Shown here: piece by piece, positions 58,491 to 64,000 of the stretch
Numbering within the stretch: the stretch's first letter is position 1
How the letters are laid out: each line of letters begins with the position of its first letter
Assembly: GCA_963845175.1 (NCBI GenBank)
Contig: CAWJRI010000015.1
Coordinates: 21,316 to 85,315 of the forward strand
Length of the DNA stretch: 64,000 nucleotides
DNA from: an uncultured archaeon
Lineage (GTDB): Archaea > Nanobdellota > Nanobdellia > Woesearchaeales > CAIVOO01
Reading direction: 5' to 3'
Translations under genes and position numbers: made by a program
Notes under the pieces: generated by a model
The model's input: only the letters and a program-made list of their open reading frames with translations
Told to the model about the DNA's origin: nothing
Database searches by the model: none

Positions 58491-59149
58491 TTTATCCACT
58501 TTAGAATCTTGTGATAAATTATAACAAACACTATAAGCGAAACAGCCTCGAAGAAGATATCAAGACCAGAAGAAAACGGCTTCCTTCTGTCAATGACAAA
58601 AAGATTCAGCAGCCAAAGCCCGGAAACCAGGAGATACAGCAACTTTGTTTTTGACACTTTTTTTCTTCCTATGTGCATAACAAAGCTCAACACAACCGCA
58701 ACAGCCAGAAGAATGCACTGCAGGTAGATAATCATCATGTGAGACCCGGTGATAAATGAAATTGCAGACAGCAAAACTGCGATGCAGTGCCCGAAAATAA
58801 GCATATTTCTGTTGTTGAACTTTTTCCAGATCAGGCTGAATATTAAATAAAATATTCCTATTGTGCTGAAATACCCCAAAAAAAAGATAAAGAACGGAGC
58901 GAAAATTTCCCTCGGCGAAATAAAATTGAATATAATTGTTGAAAAGAAAACAAGGCTGAAAAAAAATCTCAGCACATAGGACAGCCCAAAAAAGAGGAAT
59001 GCGTCACGAAAATACCCAATTCCCTTGTATTTGGTAAGGTCATAGCTTTCTTTTGTTTTAAAATAAATCAAAAAGCAGAAAATTACGACTGCAAGCGTGA
59101 AAATAGGCTCTACAATTAAAATATGCGGGTCAAAAAAGTGCGGCGGCAT
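58487..59149 (-). CDS. Hypothetical 7-TM membrane protein coupled to the wHTH gene
   Basis: IY.KTKE.Y.LT.Y.GI.YFR.AFLFFG; stop overlaps the wHTH start. Confidence 0.7.
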   Translation of the reverse strand: MPPHFFDPHILIVEPIFTLAVVIFCFLIYFKTKESYDLTKYKGIGYFRDAFLFFGLSYVLRFFFSLVFFSTIIFNFISPREIFAPFFIFFLGYFSTIGIFYLIFSLIWKKFNNRNMLIFGHCIAVLLSAISFITGSHMMIIYLQCILLAVAVVLSFVMHIGRKKVSKTKLLYLLVSGLWLLNLFVIDRRKPFSSGLDIFFEAVSLIVFVIIYHKILKWIK

Positions 59150-59254
59150 TGTTGTTTCCTTTATATTATTTTATTTGGAAATATTTATATATAATGTGGA
59201 CTTTAAATACACTTTATTTATAAACACTAGCTAAAATAACAATCATATGGCCAA

Positions 59255-59275
59255 AAATATACAATCTGATGCCGG
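59255..59275. other. Abrupt junction between AT-rich archaeal and GC-rich bacterial-type DNA
   Basis: Archaeal gene start MAKNIQ at 59247 runs into the middle of an unrelated GC-rich frame (LMPEGSLVISQDP...). Confidence 0.85.
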
Positions 59276-59684
59276 AGGGATCACTCGTGATTTCCCAGGA
59301 TCCGTGCATGTGGATGCTGCAAGGGATCAATGCCTCACAGTTCTTCACCATCGACCACATGGTTCGCGAGGAAATGCGCGAGCTGGCGAATCAATACCCG
59401 GGCGGCGTCTATGTCCACTGGGGGCTTCTGGAATAATGCCGAGCCCGGCATCGCTGAGTCCACCGCCCGGCTTCTGGCCGAGACCAAGGCAACCGAGATC
59501 GCGCGGTTGCAGTGCCAGGCTTACAAACTCGCGCTCTTTCGCATCGACACGCCCGAGGCATTCGCCCGCTTCGGCGGCAAGACCGCCCGTCAACCAGCGA
59601 CGCGATACCGACCTGGACAGCCACCTCGCGCGGGCCCGCGCCGGACTCGCGCCGGCCGGGGCCGCGTCCCCACCCGGCCCATGA
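59266..59684 (+). CDS. C-terminal fragment of a bacterial-type protein, frameshifted
   Basis: LMPEGSLVISQDPCMW...GGVYVHWG / FWNNAEPG...; TGA overlaps the next ATG. Confidence 0.5.
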
Positions 59685-60821
59685 GCACCCTTTACTCCTG
59701 GAGCCGTCTTGCGCTGCGCACCGCCGCCGCCGCCACAGGGATCGAGGGCCGGCCCACCAAGCTCATCTTCATCGTCACCAAGCGCTGCTACTCGCGCTGC
59801 GTCTACTGCGACATCTGGAAGATCAAGGACACGCCCGGCGGGCTCGACGGCGAGCTCTCGCTGGACGAGGTGCAGGCCATCGCGGCCGCCAACCCGTATC
59901 TTCAGTGGATCGATTTCACGGGCGGGGAGCCGACCGACCGGCCGGATTTTCCGCAGGTGGTGCAGGCCTTCGCCCGCGCCTGCCCCGATCTGCTCCTCGT
60001 GCATTTTCCCACCAACGGCATCGCCACCAAACGGATCGAGCAGATGGCGGCGGAAATCCAGCAGACGGTGCGGGCCCGCCTGGTGGTGTCCGTTTCCATT
60101 GACGGCCCGCCCGAGCTCAACGACCGCCTCCGCGGCGTCCGCAACGATTTCGAGCATGCCGTGGACACCTTCGCGGCGGTTCGCCGCCTGCTCGGGCCGG
60201 ACAATGCCTTCATCGGCATGACGCTGCATGGACACCAGGCGTCCTGCGGGCACACCACCTCCGAATTGATCGAGCTTACCTTCGCCGCCATCAACGAGGC
60301 GTTGCAGGCGCGATCCGAAGCCGCCCTCAGCTGGAGCGAATTCCACCTCAACATTCCGCACCTTTCCCAGCACTACTACGGCAACACGGGGAGCGAGGCG
60401 AAGGACGGCTTCGGCGGCGCGGCCCACCGCGCCGAGATGATGGCGGCCTTGAAACTGGCGGCGGCGAAAACCGGAAGCCGCGCCTGGTCGGCGATGGGCG
60501 CCATCGAGCGCATTTACCGCGCCGAGGCCGGCCGATATCTCGCCGACGGGCCGGACTTCCATCACCTGCGCGGCCCTGCTCTCGACCGTCTACCTTTCGG
60601 AAAAAGGCGAGGTCTACCCCTGCACGATCTGGAATCGTCCGCTCGGGAACGTGCGCACCACCGCCTTCGCGCTGATGCCGATCATCGAAGCCGCCCGCCG
60701 CGACGGCGTGCGCCGGGCCGTCGCCGAGCAGAAATGCCCGAATTGCTGGACGCCCTGCGAAGCCTATCCCGCCATTGGCGCCTCGCCGGTGCGCTCGCTG
60801 CTGGCGTTGTCCCGCGGCTGA
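59681..60821 (+). CDS. Radical SAM/SPASM-domain protein, frameshifted near 60550
   Basis: CYSRCVYC, TGGEP, TNG, SIDG; shifted frame gives C...GEVYPC...CPNCWTPC. Confidence 0.85.
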
Positions 60822-60845
60822 TGATTTGCAACCACCCACCTGCTT

Positions 60846-62974
60846 ATGACCACCTCCAATCGCTTCCACCCGCTGATGATCCGGGCCCTCCCCAACCTGA
60901 TCATCACCGCCGTGCCGCTGGCCGCCTTCCTCGCCTTTGCCATCCAGCCGCTGATGGGCAAGCAGCTCCTGCCGATTTATGGCGGCACCTCCGCCACCTG
61001 GCTGGGGACCATGCTTTATTTCCAGCTGGCGCTCCTGCTCGGCTACGCCTGGGCCGCCTGGCTGGTGCGCAAGCGAGCCCAGGTCCAGGTCAGCGCGACC
61101 GTGGTGCTGGCGCTCCTGGCGGTGCTGACGTTTCATCTGCCCTCCGGACAGACCGACACCACGCCCAGCATCGTGCACCGTCGTCTGGCGCCTCGCCGTC
61201 AGCACCCTGCCGGCCATGGTGTTATTGTTCAGCACTGTCGCCCCTCCTGCATGGCTGGCTGCGGCGACGCGGACAGGAAGTGCCGTACTACCTCTACGCC
61301 ATTTCCAATGCCGGCAGCCTGGCGGCCGTCCTGCTCTATCCGTTTGTGATCGAGCCCAGCCTGCGGGTCCCGGAGCAGACGTTCTACTGGCACGGCCTGC
61401 TGGCCATTGTCGCCGGCCTGCTCGCCGCTGGCCGGCTATATCATCCTGCGCACTTCCACCGACGCGGACGACCGACTGGCCCCCGATGGTCCCGCCGAAT
61501 CCCTGGCACCCGGCCTCGTCGCCATCTGGCTTGGTCTCAGCGCGCTGACTTGCATCGGCATGCTGGGCGCCACCTACCATCTCGCCTCGGAAATCGGCTC
61601 GAACCCGATCGCCTGGGTGGGACCTTTCGGCGCTTATCTGCTCAGCTTCACCTTCACGTTTTCCGAGCGCTGGCGCCACTGGATGACGAAGACAACCATC
61701 GTCTGGCTGGCGATCAGCCTCGCCGGCTATATGGTGACCAAGGGGTTTACGGCCGCCACGGTCAACGCCCGGACCGCTTGGTGGCTGATCTCGCTGACTG
61801 CCAGCGGCAGCTTTCTGGGCAACGCCTTGCTGCACAGCTTCCGACCCGCCCGGCGTTTTGAAATCTATTACCTCGATCCTGGCGGCCGGCGGCGTGCTCG
61901 GCGGCCTGCTCTCCGTCATGGTCATCCCCCACCTGTTCGCCCGACCCGTCGAGTTTATCTTCGCTTCCGTGGCGCTGCTGACGGTCGGTATGCTTTGGCT
62001 CACTGGCCGCCGCGAACCCAGCATCGCGTTCATCATGGCCTCTGTCCTGCTCGCTCCCGTGATCGGCTTCGGCATCCAGCAGGCCAGACTCGAGACTGCC
62101 GATGGCGCGCGCGTCCACCACATCCGCGATCTCTACGGGCATATCATGATCACGCTGAATTCCAAGAATCCGCAGAGCGTCGTCCTCTCCAGCGATACGA
62201 CCACCCACGGCTCGCAGCTGACCGCCGATGCGGCAGCCCGGCGTCGACCCACGCTCTATTATCACGGAAAGCACCGGCGTCGGTCGCGTCCTCGAGCGCC
62301 TGCAGGCTGAGCGGCCGGCCATGCGCGTCGGCGTGATCGGTCTCGGGGCCGGCATCCTTTCCGCCTACGCCCGCAAGGGCGATACCTACGATTTTTGGGA
62401 CATCGATCCGAAGGTCATTCGCGTCGCCCGTGAATACTTCACCTTTGTCGCCGAGTCGGCCGGCCAGATCAACCTCATCCAGCGCGACGGCCGCAAGGCG
62501 CTCGAAGAGTCCCGCTCCGAGTATGACGTCCTGGTCTTGGACGCGTTCACCGGTGACGGCATCCCCTCCCACCTGCTCACGCGCGAGGCCATCGCCCTTT
62601 ACCAGCGCCGGCTCGCCGCGCGCGACGGTCTGCTGGTCGTCCACGCGTCGACCCGTTATTCCAGGTTATTCCCCGTCGTGGAAGCCACCGCGCGATCGTT
62701 GGGGAGCTCCACCATCGATGTGACCACCGACATCAAGGCATCAACCAATGATCGTGACTGGGATCCCACCCACACGGAGTACCTCATCGTCTGCCCGACC
62801 GCGCGCACGAAGGACATTTCCGGCTGGTTCGCCGAAGAGGAGGACAAAGGCCGGGTCAAGCACACGGTCACCACCGTGCAGGCGCCCTTGATCAATACGC
62901 AGTTGATCTGGAGCGACGACCGGAATGCGGCGCTCGACACGCTGGACCTGGGCCGGTTTCTTTTTGAACCATGA
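60846..62974 (+). CDS. Fused membrane/spermidine-synthase-like methyltransferase, several frameshifts
   Basis: QPLMGK.LLP.YGG, FQ..LL.GY, PY.LYA.SNAGS, TTHG.Q, GVIGLGAG, DIDP, DGR, LDAF.GD.IP.HLLTREA. Confidence 0.85.
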
Positions 62975-63219
62975 CGGAGACTCCGGTCAGCATTGACGTG
63001 TCGCGTCCATTGGAAGGAAGGCCCATCATTGAGGAGCCGGCATTCCAACGCCGAATCGCTCCGCGCCACGAGAAACCGGCCGTCGACTTCCCCGGCTTCG
63101 TGCATCTTGCAGCTACAATTGATCGGATCAGTCACGACGTTTGAAAACACCGCCCAAGTCCGATCGAATCGACAGTCCCTCCCGCGGGCGCGTGTCGCCC
63201 GGCGTTTTCCGCCGGAAGG

Positions 63220-64000
63220 CGCGCCGTCTTCTGGCGCTACCTCGCGCTGATCCTCATCGCCAAAGTTCTCCTGGAAGTGTTCTTCTTCATTGGCGTGGCC
63301 CGGCAATATGGCGAGGAGGATATTTTTGTGTCGCTGGCGCTGCCATCGAAGGGAGCGCCAGGAGAAACTATTGGCATCACATTGCGGCAATTCAAGGAAC
63401 CGTTTCCAACTGGGCCGAGTGGAAAGGGAGATCCCTCGGACATGTATCCGTTTCGGATCGCCGCGCTTTACCCGAACATTTTATTCATGCAGGTGTTTGG
63501 GGCTTCGGAACGTCGTTGACGCTGTGGACCGCACTCACCGGGATCGGGACCGTTTTGCTGGTGGCGCTCATCGGAAGGTCACTCGTTGATGCACGGACCG
63601 GACTCTTCAGCGCCGCCGTGCTGGCGCTCATCCCGGGGCACATTCTCTATTCCGCCCGGGTCGACACCGATATGCCGCAGCTCTTTTTCATGTGCCTCGG
63701 CATATTCTGCCTCATCCTGGCGTTGCAGGCGGCCACAAGCCGGCAGCAGCTGACATTCGCCGCGGCCAGTGGATTGTCTTTCGGCTTCCTGTATCTCTCG
63801 AAATTGCTGCTGGCTTTTCTGGTGCTGGGCTGGGCCATCCTCGTTCCCTTTTTGCTGGCCGCGCTGCGGCGACAAGGAGACGATCCTGGCGCCCAGAAAC
63901 AGGCTGCGGCAGGCGATGTTGATTTCGGCGGTGTTGCTGGGCGGCTTCGCCTTGGTTTTTGCGGCGGAAAACTGCGACTACTACTTTTTGTCCGGCCACT
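63220..64000 (+). CDS. GT-C (PMT/ArnT-like) membrane glycosyltransferase, frameshifted, partial; start uncertain
   Basis: YPFRI...YP, FG.SE, GL.SA..LA..P.H..YS....DMP, G...LSK pieces across frames. Confidence 0.6.

Noticed and set aside
59330..61861. 843-aa ORF as a novel radical SAM fusion protein
   Set aside because: It strings together parts of three frameshifted genes. Only 59681 to about 60550 and short patches are real coding frame; the rest is Arg/Pro-rich off-frame text.
59345..63390. Long minus-strand ORFs (406, 591, 197 and 244 aa)
   Set aside because: Antisense shadows expected in GC-rich coding DNA; the recognisable motifs are on the plus strand

Overview
Bases 1 to about 59,265 are an AT-rich archaeal chromosome segment. 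Gene content and style (AglB, Rpo3/Rpo10, eL18/eL37/eS8, NAC, Sec61-beta, TATA promoters, stand-alone 5S rRNA, tandem-Lrp regulator) point to DPANN, probably Woesearchaeota-like; the lineage call is inference. Bases 0.2-26.1 kb are a surface-glycosylation locus: AglB, four more GT-C-type membrane enzymes, Dol-P-sugar synthases, an ArnE/F-like pair, a flippase and, unusually for an archaeon, a heptose module (GmhA, HldA-type kinase, two GT9 heptosyltransferases). Bases 26-59 kb are mostly housekeeping: 5S rRNA, SRP RNA, RNase P RNA, two tRNA-Leu genes (one with a 51-nt intron), TrpRS, LeuRS, the rps13-rpoN operon, gyrA with a 469-aa HNH intein, scpB, Sm/eL37/eS8 and several uncharacterised gene clusters. 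At about 59,265 the sequence switches mid-gene to GC-rich bacterial-type DNA with many frameshifts. Indels already hit conserved archaeal genes from about 56.6 kb, so this end is most likely a low-coverage chimeric join. Best leads are heptosylation linked to archaeal N-glycosylation and a shared N-terminal motif on AglB and two other GT-C enzymes. No database searches were run; all calls come from motifs read in the sequence.
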